NCBI RefSeq assembly: GCF_009914755.1
Contig: NC_060925.1
Direction: 5' to 3' (one strand)
DNA: 64,000 nucleotides
Source: the human T2T-CHM13v2.0 reference genome, Homo sapiens
Part shown: piece by piece, positions 25,236 to 41,799 of the stretch
Position numbering within the stretch: position 1 is the first letter of the stretch
Layout: each line of letters starts with the position of its first letter
Position numbers and translations under genes: made by a program
Notes under the pieces: model-generated
The model's database searches: none
What the model was told of the DNA's origin: nothing
Seen by the model: only the letters and a program-made list of their open reading frames with translations

Positions 25236-27642
25236 TGAAAGCAAAAGACATCTGCCCTCGTATTCATGCAGCGGTGTGGTCGCTTTAGCCTTTCTCCAGG
25301 CTCATTGTGTTGTGCTCAGTTTTGTACACAAGTACGTTCTTTTCTAAATGGCAAGACGCTTAAGATGCTTGGATTTCCTCTTCCACCGCCTCTCTCCAGC
25401 ACAGCACTGAGCTTAATATCTTGTATGTCGTGGGATATCAATAAACGCTTATTGAGTTGAATTTGAGTTTTACGGACATGAGTTTAAATTTAGTGACTAC
25501 CCACGGGCTTCTGAGAAATTATTGAAAGCCAATCTATGGCCCAAAGAGAGGACGGCCTGATCAAGGCATGTGCTGTTGGGCCAGGCAGACCACGATGGGG
25601 ATGAACGTGCCCTGTGTGAGGTGCCAGAGAAAATCCATCATGCATCCCGAGCTCTGTTTTTTATTGAAAAATCCATTTATAAATAATCTGGACAAATAAA
25701 GTAAAAGGCACTTTATTGGGATTCAGAAAAATTCATGGCTACTGAACATCCGGCCAATTCAGCTCCCAGCTCCCAATTAGCCTGCCAGGGCCTCTCTCAG
25801 TGGCAGGGGCCCTGCCAGCCACTCGAAAGGCTGCCCTGGGACTATGAGTCATTTTCTTATTTCTTAGCATGCTGGGCGTGAAAATCTTCTTTCTCTTTCT
25901 TATTACATGCTAGCACTTACCGGGTGCTTTGGCCAAGCAGATATATCAGCATGTTTTTGTGCAGATAATTGACAGTGGAGCAGGAAGACACTCTCCTCTA
26001 AGTTGCTCCCTCTCTTTGTTCACTCGCTTGCTCGAGAACCCAGGGACGGTGGGAGGAATGGCCAAGCTGGACGCAGGCCTGGCCTCCGCAGAGCTGGCGA
26101 GCAGGAAAGGCAAGTTTCAGACACCTCCTGCCATGCCCTTGACCCTGCTGGGCCCCCGGTATCCTAGGAGTGTTTTCCCATTTCCGGCCATGTCTTTATT
26201 TTATGATTGTTCCCTTAACCCAAAGGCAACTGGGAAAGATTGTCATCCTTCACCACGAAGAGGCCGTTGTCATTTAGTGAGTACCTACTGCATGCCACAT
26301 GCTATGCAGAAGGTGGTTGTTGCTTCGTCTCACCTAGCCCTCCCAGAGACCCTCCAAGGACAAATATGAGACTCAGAGATGTTAACTGACTTGCTCAGGG
26401 TCACACAGCTTGTAAGTGGTGGAACCAGAATTAGAAAATGCAATTCCTTTTTTTGGAGCCTCACCTCCTTCCATCGGGATCACAGTGATCATATTTTCCA
26501 AACTGAAAATGGGATGCAGGGGGCCTGGCACGGGGCAACGGGGCAATCAGTAGTTGCTGGGAGAATAAACACACGAATTGAGCCAAGGGTCAGCCAACGG
26601 GACAGGTCTTTTGTCAGCGGACCGTTAGGGCCATCTGGTCCCAGGGACCACAGGGTCTGTCTGCCTCTCCGTAGGGTGGGCTGTGGGTAGTGGGGTGCCC
26701 GTGAGGGGAGAGGAACAAGAGAGCCTGGACAGCAGGCTCTGGGGGTGCTGTGGCCTCTGAGAGTGGAGTGGGAACAGGGGACTGGCAGAGGAGCTGGTAG
26801 CGAGGGCTTGTGTGTGGCTGCTAACTGGATCCATTTGCCAAATCAGCAAAGTTTGGAGCTGAGACTCCAGACTTACCCTGGGCCTAACTTGGGAAAATAT
26901 TACGCAGTACAAAATAAAATTAAACAGTATTAACCACAGGCCCAAATTGCACCTATATTTTAAAAAGCATTGTGCAGCTGAGACTTATAAAGCCCGGCAC
27001 CAGCGTGAGGCCATCTTGGTTAATGAGAGCTCTGCGCCTGCTACTCCTTGCCGCGGCCTCTGGTTCACGTCCTCTCGCCCTCCTCCGCTGGGGATGTGCG
27101 GGGCCTCCGGTGAGCCGCAGCTCCCTCGGAAGGATGCACCCTTTGCTCTCTGGAGCAGGACGGGCTTTTCTGAGAGGCGGGGCCCGAAGTGTCCGGAGCC
27201 GCCAGCCTCAGGGGCTGCACTGGCCTCTCCTTTCCTCTGCCCACACAGAGAACAGCAGCATCAGATGGGGGCGGGCTCAAAAGGGCTTCATAGGCGCCCC
27301 GACATCGCAGCTACGGAGGGGCCAGAAAGGAGGCGTGGATATTGTACTGCACTTTCTGGACTTTCACGGGAATTCATGAAGGAGCCTGAATATGCAGCAG
27401 CCACATCTGGGTTTATTTCAGCTTGGACACTAATTCATGTTGGGTCCCGTAGTAAATCATTTTTCATTCAGTTACTTGTTTTTCCTCACTTGAAAAATGG
27501 GCGTGATACTGGTGGTCGCTGTTGTCTTCCCGCAGCGATAGAATGAGGCTCTGCAGTGATTTCTTTTCCTTCCAAAGTCGAAAGCTCCTCTGGCTTTGCA
27601 CAACCTTTTGAGCACGACCTTCTCTCTCATCACGGTGATGCC

Positions 27643-27661
27643 TGTTGCCCCCTAGTGGTCA
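27643..27661 (-). promoter_or_regulatory. CTCF core motif
   Basis: Minus strand reads TGACCACTAGGGGGCAACA vs consensus TGGCCACCAGGGGGCGCTA. Core CCACYAGGGGGCR is intact. Confidence 0.6.
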
Positions 27662-29481
27662 CCAGCAAAGGGAGTGGTTGAGCCGACGATCCCAGGTTGC
27701 AACTCAGACCCAGGCCTGGCCCTGAACCCAGGTCTTCCTGCTGGTTCCGAGGCATCTCTGGGCAGGGTGGGTTATAGGGAGGGGACCAGAGAGGGAGTCC
27801 TCCCAGTCGCCTCCACCAGGCAGCCCTCCAGCTTGTCAAACTGTCGCCAGCAGTGTTTTCTCAGCATGGAGATTGTGTGTGAGTGTTAAGTCTAGAAAAA
27901 TCACTCAGGCAAGGCAAAGACTTGCTTTGGTGCAGGGGACTGGAAAGCAGATGTGCTTTTTCTGGCTCTGAACACCGAGGGGAAGTGAGCTTTGGAAGAG
28001 AGGCGCTGACTTGGTGTGTGTTTTGGGGCAAGAGGAAGTTTAAAGAGGGACAGTCTGAGCTTGCTCTTTGCAGGGGCTTGCTTGGAGGCCCACAGGCTGG
28101 CTGAGCATGAGAGAGAGTGTGCCAGTCAGAGCCCGCAGACTGATGGCTTGCTTAGGAGTATGGACTGGAGCGAGCCTCCCCCTCCTCCTCCTCTCCTCGA
28201 ACAAGGTCATCAGTGACAAATGCACAGGAGATGGTAAAGGTGGATTGGGGAGGATTTGGACGTGTTTCTTCTGACCTTGATGGGGCCATGTCCCCTCTAT
28301 TTGTAATCTTGAGCTAGAACAACTGACAAATGGCCTGATAGGAGACAAAAGCAAACAATAGACTCACTTGAAAGATACAGTGAATAGAATTTAATTGAAT
28401 TTTTTTTGGTACAGACATTGATTTCACCCTGTAAGATGTATGGAGTAAATCATTAGGGGAATTAATATACATTAAAATGTAGTTTATTATCATGAAACTT
28501 TTATTGTGCTTGTAGTTGTGTTTTTAATTATTATTTTAATGACTTTCTATATTTCAAATCGTGATAAATCTATTTTTTAAAAATAAACGGACTATAGTTT
28601 TACAAGGTGATGTGTAGTGCAGAGCTGTTGATGAATATTGCTCCTTCATTAATGAGAACCAACAGATTAGAAAGACTAAAAATGGACCGATTTACGCACT
28701 TTTTAAAAAGCCAATTAATATCTAACCATTAAACACAAATGTTATAGATTAGTCTCACTATCTTATCTACTCTCTGGGCTCCTATTGGATCATTCAGAGA
28801 TTGACTCTTTAAACCAAGTAAGTGAAGGAGGCTCTAAAAGTGGAAATGCCTGGGACCAATTAAAACAAAGGATTTGGGCCATAATGTGCTGAAAATACCC
28901 GTGTCCTCCTGCCTGGGGGGCCATTATCCAAATGAGCAAAGAGGACGGAGGTGTTTGTCCAAGCTGTCTTTGAGGGATGAAGCAGAGGTTGGCTCTGCTG
29001 GTAGGATCAGGGTTTTGGGTGATTTCCCCAGTGGTGAAGATGGACTCGTACTGGCTTTTCTGCATTGCATCTCCTGAGCCTTCTTGGAATCAAGGGCAAA
29101 TGCTTGTTCTGTGCTTTGTGGGGCTTTGTGGGTACCCCGCTCTACATGGAAATCAGCCCTATGACCACTCTCAATGCTGACCTATCCCAGCTGAGCTGAA
29201 CGACACGTGGTTTTACTGTCATGGCAATATGTCCTCAGTTTTCCAATTCAAACATCTTATTTCAGATACTTGGTTCCATTAGCCACATGGGGGCTTATAC
29301 CATCTTCCTCCCTGGCTGTGTGCTGGTTGGCTATTTCTGACTTTTGAGGTTGTCAGGCAACATGTCTGGGCAGCCAGAGGCAGGGGAGTATGGATGCGAG
29401 GTGTGTGGGCTCCGGAGGCACGCATCCCAAATCTGAAACCTGGCACCAGCATTTATTGTGCGACCTTGAACAGATTTACTT

Positions 29482-30945
29482 GCTCATTCATTCATTTATC
29501 CATTCATTTCTTCATTCAATATTTATGAAATCTGGGTGCTGTTCTAGGGATTGGAGATATAGCAGTGATCAAAATGGAGAAAAATCTCTGCATTCCAGTG
29601 AGGACTAGAGAAAGGCATTCAACAAATAGTATAGCAAGATGCAGAGTACACTGCAGAACGTCAGGCAGGACTATCGACTGTGGAGAAAAAAGAAAGTGGG
29701 GTGGAGGGCCAGGCAGTGTGTCAGGGGATGTTGCTATTTCACAGGGTGGTTAGGGAGGCCTTACCCAGAAGGGACCATTTGAGCTGTGACCCAGAGGAAG
29801 TGAGGGAGTGAACCGAGTAGGATTCTGAGGGAAGAGTTTCTTCTAGGCACAAGGGATGCAGGTGCAGAAGCCCTGGGGCAGGAGCCTGCTGTCTGTTCAG
29901 GGAGTAGCAAGGGGACTGTGTGGCTGAGTGGAAGGAGTAGATCAGAGGAATCCTGGGGCCAGATCATGCAGGACAGATAGGTCATTGGGAGGACCTTGGC
30001 TTTGAGTCTGGGTGAGATGGGCACTCCTTTAAAGGGTCCCCCTGACTAGTGTGAAGAAGCAAGAGTGTAGGCAGGGAGATCCAAAAGGCAGATGCAGTCA
30101 TCTAGATGGGAGGAGGTGCTGGTAGCTTGAACCAAGGCGGCAGCAATTAAGATGGGAGAAGTGTTGGATTTTGGCCATATTTTGAAGGTAGAGTGAACAG
30201 ATTTGCTTCTAATGTTTCCAAAGGAAAGGGGACAAGGATCAGTCTCAGATGTCTGGCCAGAGTCACTGGCAGGGTGGTGCTGTCATCTACTGAGGTGGGG
30301 GGAAGCTACAGAAAGAAGGGGTGTGAGTGTGGGTGTGATGGTAGGTTCATGTGTGAAGCATGTAAAGTTTAAGATCCTAGAAGATATTTGGATGGAATTG
30401 TTTAATAGGCAGCTGGATATAGGAGCCTGGAGTTCAGAGGGAGAAGTTTAGGCTGAAAACATAAATTTTGGGGTAGTCAGTGCAGAGATGACGTTTAAAG
30501 TTCTGAGTCTGGGTGAGATGACTGGGGAGGGAGTGGAGATGGTGAACAAGGCCCAGGGGAGATTTGGGGCAATCTGATGTTTAGAGGACAGGGGGATGAG
30601 GAAGAACCAGCAAAGGAAACTGAGAAGCAACAGCCAGAGAAAGCAGAAGGTCAAGAGAGAGTGAGCTTGTTAGAGGCTAAGTGAAGATGACGTTTCAATG
30701 AGGAGAGAGGGTTATCAAAAGATGCTGGTAGGGCAAGTAAAATTAAGATTAAGAATTTGCCATGGGCTTTGGCAATGTGGAAATCATTGATGACCTTGAC
30801 AACAGTTGTCTTGATGGAATAGTGGAGGTAAAAATCTGATAGGAATGGGCTTGGGAGAGAATGGAAGGAGAGAACTTGGAGGCAGGCAATATAAACACTC
30901 TGCAAAGGAAGTTTGCTTTGAAGGGGAGTATAAGGATGGAATAGT
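29482..30945 (-). mobile_element. L2 (L2a-like) ~1.45 kb, nested in a MIR
   Basis: (ATTC)n 3' tail at 29486-29520 and an extended L2 body. MIR halves at ~29400-29481 and ~30950-31090. Confidence 0.8.
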
Positions 30946-31439
30946 AACGTTTCTTAACTCTTAAAATTCTATTTCCTGATCTGTAAAATGGAGACAAAGA
31001 CAACACCTCTATCACAGAGTTACCAGGAAGATTAAATGAGATGTTATTGGAAACTCAGTGCTCAACACATAGTAAGGGCTTAAAAGGTTTGCTGGTACTG
31101 ACTGCTGCCTGTCTGATTGAGGAGTGGGCAGGAGGATCTGCCCTGGTGTTTCTGTGTCCTGGGTTTTTGAAGGTAATCTCTGTTACTTTACCCTCCTGGG
31201 GTTGGAAGTCAATCACAAGTTTGGGTAAATTCCCCATTTTGGCAGTTGTGAAATGACAGAAAGATCAGAAAGTCAGAAATCCCACACTCCTGCTAAGTGG
31301 TGGCTTATCTGTATGGCTGTGCAAATGAAGCACGCTGCTTCCCTCATTCCTGTATTCAGTTTTATTGCTTGTCTTGCAAAATGGCACATTTCAAGATTAA
31401 AGCCATTTTGACTTTGAGTTACTGTCTTTGAAGTATAGG

Positions 31440-31700
31440 ATTTCCTAATTATAAAAACACATACTAATTGTAGAAAAATAGGAAAATAGAAGAAAATATG
31501 CAGAAAAGAAATTTATCTAAGGCCTCCTACCCAAATCCAACTGCTGTTAATGTTTTAGTGAATTTGCTTCCAATACTTTTATGAACTCTTTAAAAACATA
31601 TTTGAGATAATACTGTTATATAGTGTTGTATCTTGCTTTTTCTCCTCAATGTTGTTAGTGTAAGCATTAAGTTCTTCATTAATGTTTTTAATGGCTATGT
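31440..31700 (-). mobile_element. Old L1 (L1ME-like) 3' fragment
   Basis: ttgtagaaaaat...actgctgttaatgttttagtg...gtatcttgctttttct...tttttaatggct. Confidence 0.55.
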
Positions 31701-32299
31701 GCCAGGGAATCTTTACATTTTCCATCTCAACTTATATCCAAGTGAAATGGTAGGAATAGTTAACCCTTTTATAGCATTCACTGGATTCCAGGCCCTGTTT
31801 TAAGTACTTTACATAAATTAGCTCATTTAATTCTCATAACTACCTTCTCACATAGGAACGATCATTATTCCCAGTTTACAGTTAGAGCCTTTAACACACA
31901 TTAAAGCCTTTCATTGGGTGTGAGGACCAAGGATGAAGGGACAGACACCCTTTAGCAGACAGTGTTGCCTTCCATGTGAGGGCTCTGGTGAGCTGGCATG
32001 CAGTCATGTTCTTCTTGAAACCCCTGTGGAGCTGGAAGTAGAGCTGGAGACATGCCTCCTACTTCAACTTTTCAGGAAAAATATCCAAACAGTTTTGGTA
32101 ACTGTTAAGTGAAAACAATAACAACCTATTCCCAGCTCTCCCTTCACAATCTCTTTGTGGTTCTTATTCTGTATTTCTCTTGATTTACATCTTGTGTTCT
32201 CTCCTACCGCTGATTCTTGGTCACAACTTTGGTCATAATTCCTGCAAAAAGTGGTCGGGAGTCTTCAGTGTCCAGGGGTAGAAAGAAGAAACTGGGCCC

Positions 32300-32563
32300 T
32301 AGAGCAATGGTTTGCCAAAGCTATGTCCTTAGCAAGTCGTCAGAAATGTTAGTTCATGTTATAACCCAGAACACATATACATATATTCATTTATGATGAT
32401 AATATCTGGACAGAAGTTTCAGGAAACAATGTTACCTATGGTGCACTTTGATACTTTCCACTCCACTCCGTTCCATTTGATTAAAACAATACCAATTTCC
32501 ACTTTAAATTGGTTTCAGGACTCACTGGTTACCACAAACTGCAGAAGTCAAATTGCTGCCCTG
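32300..32563. mobile_element. hAT-Charlie DNA transposon relic
   Basis: agcaatggtttgccaaa... and ...aaattggtttcaggactcactggttaccacaaactgcag...gctgccctgga resemble Charlie-type termini. Confidence 0.4.
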
Positions 32564-32577
32564 GAGCACAGCGTTGG

Positions 32578-32598
32578 TTCAGCACCAAGGACAGCAGC
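32578..32598 (+). promoter_or_regulatory. RE1/NRSE (REST-binding) element
   Basis: TTCAGCACCAAGGACAGCAGC vs consensus TTCAGCACCACGGACAGCGCC: 18/21, both half-sites intact with the canonical 2-bp spacer. Confidence 0.8.
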
Positions 32599-32729
32599 CC
32601 ATCGCTCCCTTCCCGGCCCTGTGCTCTTCCTTCCCTGCTGTCACATTTTGGTTCCTTATTCTGACTTCTCCAGCCTGTGTTGACCTGGCTCTTCTTTGAC
32701 TTCCCGTGGTGCACTTTCAATCTCAGTGA

Positions 32730-33029
32730 TTTTTTTTTTTTTTTTTTGAGACGGAGTCTTGCTCTGTCATCCAGGCTGGAGTGCAGTGGCACTCTCTCTG
32801 CTTACTGAAACCTCCACCTCCGGAGTTCAAGTGATTCTTGTGCCTCAGCCTTCCGAGTAGTTGGGATTACAGGTGTGTGCCACCACGCCCGGCTAATTTT
32901 TGTATTTTTAGTAGAGACGGGGTTTCGTCATGTTGGCCAGGCTGGTCTTGAACTCCTGATCTCAGGCGATCCACACACCTCGGCCTCCCAAAGTGCTGGG
33001 ATTATAGGTGTAAACCACCACGCCCGGCC
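32730..33029 (-). mobile_element. Alu (AluS-like)
   Basis: Full-length. Perfect 16-bp TSD caatctcagtgatttt at 32718-32733 and 33030-33045. Confidence 0.97.
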
Positions 33030-35056
33030 CAATCTCAGTGATTTTAGACCCTAACTTAGGTGCCTGGTCTTCGTAGATCATAAGCTTATTGGAGAGAAGA
33101 CCTAGGTTTTCACTATGGCTTATGTTCCCTTTAATGCTTGACCCAGATCTCCAGGGAATTAGTGGAACTTTAAAGATGAGGATAAGGATAATGCATCAGG
33201 GTTCCTCTCCTGGGAGTGTTGCTGGCTGCAGATCTGCTGGGACTGACTTTGTAGACTGTCATCACGTTGGACAAGAAGGGCCTCGTTTTATTGGAGCCTC
33301 TTTCTTTTTCACAGGACTGGAAAAAAAATTTAGTCCTCCTCCTCTTGCTATTGCTCTGTTGTAACCCTTTGAAAAGCAAGCTCCCTTTTTATGGCTTTGA
33401 CATTATTGCATCGCTGAATCACAAGGTTTTCAGGAAGATATATTTGATTGTGTTTTTTCCCTGCAGCCCATGCTGCTCTTCAGGTGACACAATATGAGCT
33501 TTTGCGCTCCTTATCTTTCATCTTACTCCTTGATAACATCAACGAGCAAGAGAAGAGGAATAAGATATCTCTTCTTTTCTTTCTAATAAAATCTGAGGTT
33601 CTAAGGATAGGGCCCATCTGGTTAAAGGGAAGACTGATATAGACTTATCAGTGGTCAGTTTTTTTGACACATCCACCATTTTTAGTTTGAACTAAGTCCT
33701 CACGTGGACCCAGGCTCATGTCTTTGGGAATGGGGCACTGGCGTGATTGATTAATAATATGTGAGTGTTGGAGCCCAGTCCCATTCTGCTTTCCCAAGCA
33801 GTGGCAACATAGCAGCGGGTCTTCTGAGTCATGTGTCAGCTAGGAGGGCTGTGTTCATGCATATGTTAAGGTCTTCTGAGACCGACCTCTACTCCTCTTC
33901 AAAGCAGGGTAGAACAATTACCTCTGTAAAATTCATGAATTCTCCTCCTGTTTACTCTTCAATTCCAAATGCTCAAAGCTGGGTTGCTTGTTTGTCATGT
34001 GGGATTCATGATCACAGGTGTTAGCAAATAAAGGTGGTGACTAATCTGAACTTGTCTTATGAAGGCAGGTTATGAAATTCAAACACTATTGAAATCCAAA
34101 CACCTTTCATCTATTAATGGCCACCAGTGGCCTATAATCAAGTCACACTCTGTTAGCTACACAATTACCTTGTTTGTTTGAAGTGTGAATTAAGGATTTG
34201 AGGCATTTGCTAATGAATCTTACTTGCTCCCTACTTTGGCTGAAATCCCTGTGTTTTCCAAATGCAGGCAGTTCTGGAATTTAAGGAAAGGTTTTTTTTT
34301 TTTTTTTTTTTTGGATCCTATTTTCTCCCTGTGTGAAAGAAGCTTCTGTTTTGCTTTTGCACAGATGGAAAGAAGCAGGCTCTCACACCCTCCTTTCCCA
34401 CTGGACTCTGCCTTGATTTCATTCTCAGTTTTGTAACTCGTGGAAAGTGCCTCCCCGTTGCTGCAGTTCTAACGGCTCTCTCTGCTTGAGTGTTGTACCC
34501 CTTGTATGGGAGCAGAGGGGAGTGGTGGAGTCTCCCCGTTTGCCAGCCTCCTTTGATTCTCTCTTTGTGACTCTTCTCTGGAACGAGTTTCTTTTGTAGA
34601 TAATGGGATTCCATTATGGGTGTTAGGGCTTCTCTGGAGCTGTCGGCTGTGAGGGAAGATAGGAGGTTTTGATCAATGGTTTCTGCTTGTATCTTGGATG
34701 TGTTAATTTTAAGATGGCTGGCTTCTGTTTTTATTAGTTTTATTGGGTTTGTGTTGGGGGAAGGGTTAGGATGAGCATCGGTGTTTTTCTGCAAGGAAAC
34801 GTGGTTGCTCGGAGTTAGGTGGCTCTGCTGTACTTGGAGGCTGGAAGGGCCTGGAGCGAGGCAAAATGCCCACTTCTGCTGTGTTCCTGTAGGCACCAGA
34901 GCTGTTGTCTGCTACCATGAAAGCCTTTTCTGACTTCTTTGAATGACTTACGACCCATTTCCAAAGGGCTGTATTGGTTAATGTTCTAAAGCAGAGGTGT
35001 TAGTGGAGCTTTTCAGCATTGTGGGTGGGGTTATTTATGGGTGGGAAGAGCTTGCG

Positions 35057-35085
35057 TGCACACACACACACACACATACACACAC
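35057..35085. repeat. (CA)n microsatellite
   Basis: Read directly from the sequence. Confidence 0.85.
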
Positions 35086-35682
35086 TCTGATATAAATTCC
35101 TGATTTATTTAGCCATGGATTCAGAATTTATCTCAAAGGGACGTGGCTACACAAAGACCAAGTGGATGCAGCATATTTTTGCATAGCTTATCCCTTGTCC
35201 TTAGTTCTTAATGGGAGTTGGCAGTGTGTGGCTGTCAGTGACACTTTCTACGCACATAGAATCCTGCCAAGGTTGAAGAAGAAGCCAAATTCTTGCAACA
35301 CTACTTCTGTTTTATATTCAGGTTTATATCACTGTTCTGGAAGGACTTATAACAACAATCTGTGCTCTTTTAGGCTCTTCTGATTCTTGAACTGAACCTT
35401 CAGATCAGCAAGTCTGCATCTTCATCTGGGGGTAGAGGTGAAGGAGGGTTGGTGTTAAGGAAGGCAGAATCGGTATTGAGTCGTCTTCAGACACTCTCTC
35501 TCCCTCTCACTTTTTGTTATTTGAGAAAATCTGTATCTCTACGGGCTTACGATAGCCTGTCTCTGAGACAACAATGACACCCTCAAAGTTTTAACCCTGT
35601 TTCTTTAGGCTGGCTATGTCCTTCATTGAAAGATTGCTGACCTCTCAAAGAATAAAATAAAAGTCTAAAAATTTATGATGAG

Positions 35683-37167
<1,485 letters not shown>

Positions 37168-37579
37168 AGGTTTTAATCCCTGAAATATGGGATAACACAA
37201 TTGTAGTAAATGAAGTAATACCTATAGATTCATGGCACACATTAGAGGAAACTGAGGCACAGAGCTATCATGTGACTTCCCCCAAATCATACAACCAAAG
37301 GGAGATGGATTAACTTTTTCTATTCTAAAAGAAATGTTTTTTTAATCTCTCAAAATAGGTGGATTCAGGTCTTCTCACAAACTAAAAGGTAGGACATATA
37401 TTCCTCCAGTGCCTTTCAAACTATGATCTGGCTGGCATCTAGGAAACTTGCTATAAAGACCTCAATACGGCAATTTGATATCTCCTCCCAAATACATGCT
37501 GCTTCTCTTTCAGGTATTTTTTCATTCTCCCTCTACCTTTTAGTGTGTTTTCTAGGATTACACATCAGTGAGATTGTAA

Positions 37580-38506
<927 letters not shown>

Positions 38507-38689
38507 ATATCAAAATAGAAGTTGGGGCAGTCTTGGATCTGGCTTCATCAGTACATGTCACTGTATTAAGGGGCAATGAGTGTTCTGGTTAGCATTGCAC
38601 TGTTTTAAAATCTATTTCTTTCTGGATTGCCTATATTGGTTCATGGTCTTACAGTGCACCCAGTTTCCAATGCCATAAATATCAGAGTA

Positions 38690-39002
38690 GGGGCCCCAAG
38701 GTCAAGGGCCTACAAATCCAAGCCGGCCATGACAGTGGAGAAAGCCAGCAGGTTGAGGTGGTGGTCCTCTGGAGCTCTCAGGCCCATCCAAATGGACAGC
38801 AGCTTCTCAGCGCCAAGCAGTGGTTGCTGTGCAGCATGTGGGCCTGGGGTTGCCAGACTTTATTTTTCAAGAGAAGCTGGAAATCCCTGACCTTCAATCT
38901 TTAAACATTGGCAGATAAGCCAAATGGGAAGAAGACTGTGTGGACCAAGCAGGCACATCTCTGGGTGGAGTCAGTCCTTGGGCCGCCAATTTGTGACCTT
39001 TG
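38690..39002. mobile_element. MER102-like hAT-Charlie element
   Basis: tgtgggcctggggttgccagact...tttttcaagagaagctggaaatcc...gggccgccaatttgtgacct. Confidence 0.65.
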
Positions 39003-39183
39003 CTTCTGAGATGTCCTCACTGCCTCTCATTTCCCCAGCCATTTGGTTTCAAGCCCCATTTACCTTGCTTTTGAAAACATTCAGCTTTGTTCCATTTTCC
39101 CCACTCCCATGGCCTTAGTGCAGGATCCTATTGCCTCTATCCTGGGCTGTAATCATGGTCTCCAATCAGCGGCCTCTTCTCTA

Positions 39184-39560
<377 letters not shown>

Positions 39561-41799
39561 CACAGCTCTTTGTGTGGCTCCCATCTACTTAAAAGCCTTC
39601 CCCTGGTTCTTCGGGATAAAACTCCATTGCCTGGCATTGAATTCCTCCACAGTTTGGTGCCTCCCCCTCCACCTGGCTTTGAGTTCTGCCTTTCTATTCC
39701 TTGTCCTGCGGACTCTCATTACTTTATATTACTCAGATTTCCCTGAACACATTTGCTACTCCCATTTTCCTGCTTTCACTTATGCTCTTTCCCTTCCCTG
39801 ATACCTTGACCACTTGTCTGCTGGGCAACCTACTCACTCGTCAAGACCCAGTTGAAATGTTAGCTCCTTGACACAACCCTTCCTTCTCTTCTCAGTATGG
39901 ACACATCGTCCGTGCTGCTAATTTGGCACTCCTTGTCTGTTTTGCACTTGAATGTGATAGCCCTGGATCCTGCACCCCATCTGTCTTCCCAGCTGTATTT
40001 CCCAGGGCCGTTACTCATGTGTCTTTGTATTGTTAGGGCCTTTCATAGTGCCTGGCATATTGTAGGTGCTCAATAATTCATCGAATGGTTGAACCAATGA
40101 GTAGATAAATGAATGAAAGACCGGGTGAATTGCTTCTTTACTGACTCTGGCTGTGGATGTTTCTGTGGTGGCTCATTGTTTCTTCACTGATTGGTAATTT
40201 GATAGTCATAAGAATGCTTTACTATGTCTCAATAACAGACAGCCAGTGGGGCCAGGCTTCATTTCAGAAGTCCAGGCTGTTAGGAATTTATTCTGAATTG
40301 CTAGTTACCATTTTGTAGACAGTCCTCCAGACACCCTTGGATCCTTACAGTCTTAACCACTGCCACTTTCATAAACTGTCAGAGTAGAGCTACGTTGCAT
40401 TCCATGCAAATAAAAAAAATATAACCCATTTTTCTATATGCTAACAGTTGATGGCAAGAGTTGGTCATTTTGAAAGCAAGATTGGGGATGTTGGTTTAGA
40501 CCTGTGGGTGGGGGGTCCGGGATATCCTGTGCAGGGTGTTGGCTTGGCCAGCTGGGTGCTTGGGAAGTACATCAGTGGACAGGGACAGGAATGTTCAGAC
40601 GGGAGCCCTGCCCTGTTGGACCTGGGTTGGACTATTTATCATGGGGGAGGGCCCGTCGGCTTCATGCACAGGTGCCCTGGAGAAAGCCGGTGGGGAAGAT
40701 GCCACTGGGAGAGGGCAGGGCCTGGTTATTTATTTATTTAAATTAAGGCCAATTATTTTTTGTCAAGTGCAGCGAGTGGTGGATTCTGGGAAAACTTGCT
40801 TTCACCGTAAACATATTGGTTAGAAGTCATTAATATGACATTCACACATCCCTAATAAAGTACATAACACAGAGATCTGGCACCACTGAAATACCCAGAG
40901 GACATTAAGTATGAGTCTTAAAACCAAGAGGATTGGAAACAAGATATTTTTACTTCTCGTTTGGGAGTAATATAATTGCATTTTGTGGCTCTAGCAGATG
41001 CTGGGGCCAGCTGCTAGGGGAGCCTTGGCTTTTTTTTTTTCCCTTTATTCCCCCTCCTCAGCTTTGGTCCCTTACAGATAAAACCCTTATGCAGAACTCT
41101 CATAAAAACCAAGCTTTAAGAAATTATACTTTGGTTGAAAATCCATGTTTCTATGTGCAAAATATATCTGAGACTGTATAGACTATAGAGAGATTTTTAT
41201 TAGTTGAACTCAGGAGATATTTGTATAAATACATATATATATATAAATATATGTACACACATATATACATTTGTTGTTTTTTGTTTAATTTGTTACAGTG
41301 AGCACTAAAGACCTTTCTCCCTCCCTGACATTGAGCCTGTATCTTGAAGACAGATGGAGGACGGACTGTCTGAGAGACCTATGGGGGACTCTGCTTTTTC
41401 TAAGGGCTGCTCCAGGGGAAGCTGTGGGAGGGGAGGCTGATCTCTCTGGGCTGGACCCTTCTATGGGGTTGAGACAAAGCACAGCCTGCAGTGCATAGCT
41501 CCTTCTGGGGAGGGAGTGGGGGCAGCAGAGAGAGCCGGGGCTGAGAAGTTGAGGTGAATCCAGCCCCTCTGAGAATTGCGTAGCCCTCCCTGCACAGACG
41601 GGAGCCTCCCCACACACTGGAGGGGACACGGCTCGTCACCTCAGAGGTGGACCGAGGGGGGCAGGGGGCCCTGCTCTCCTTGAAGCGTGTGCTATGGAAC
41701 AGCTTCCTTCACATGTGGGACGCGGAGGGTGCAGCGGGGTGGCTGCCGTTGGCTCCAGGAGGCATATGTGTTTGCGGGTTCCTGTGATGTCTGCATCTA

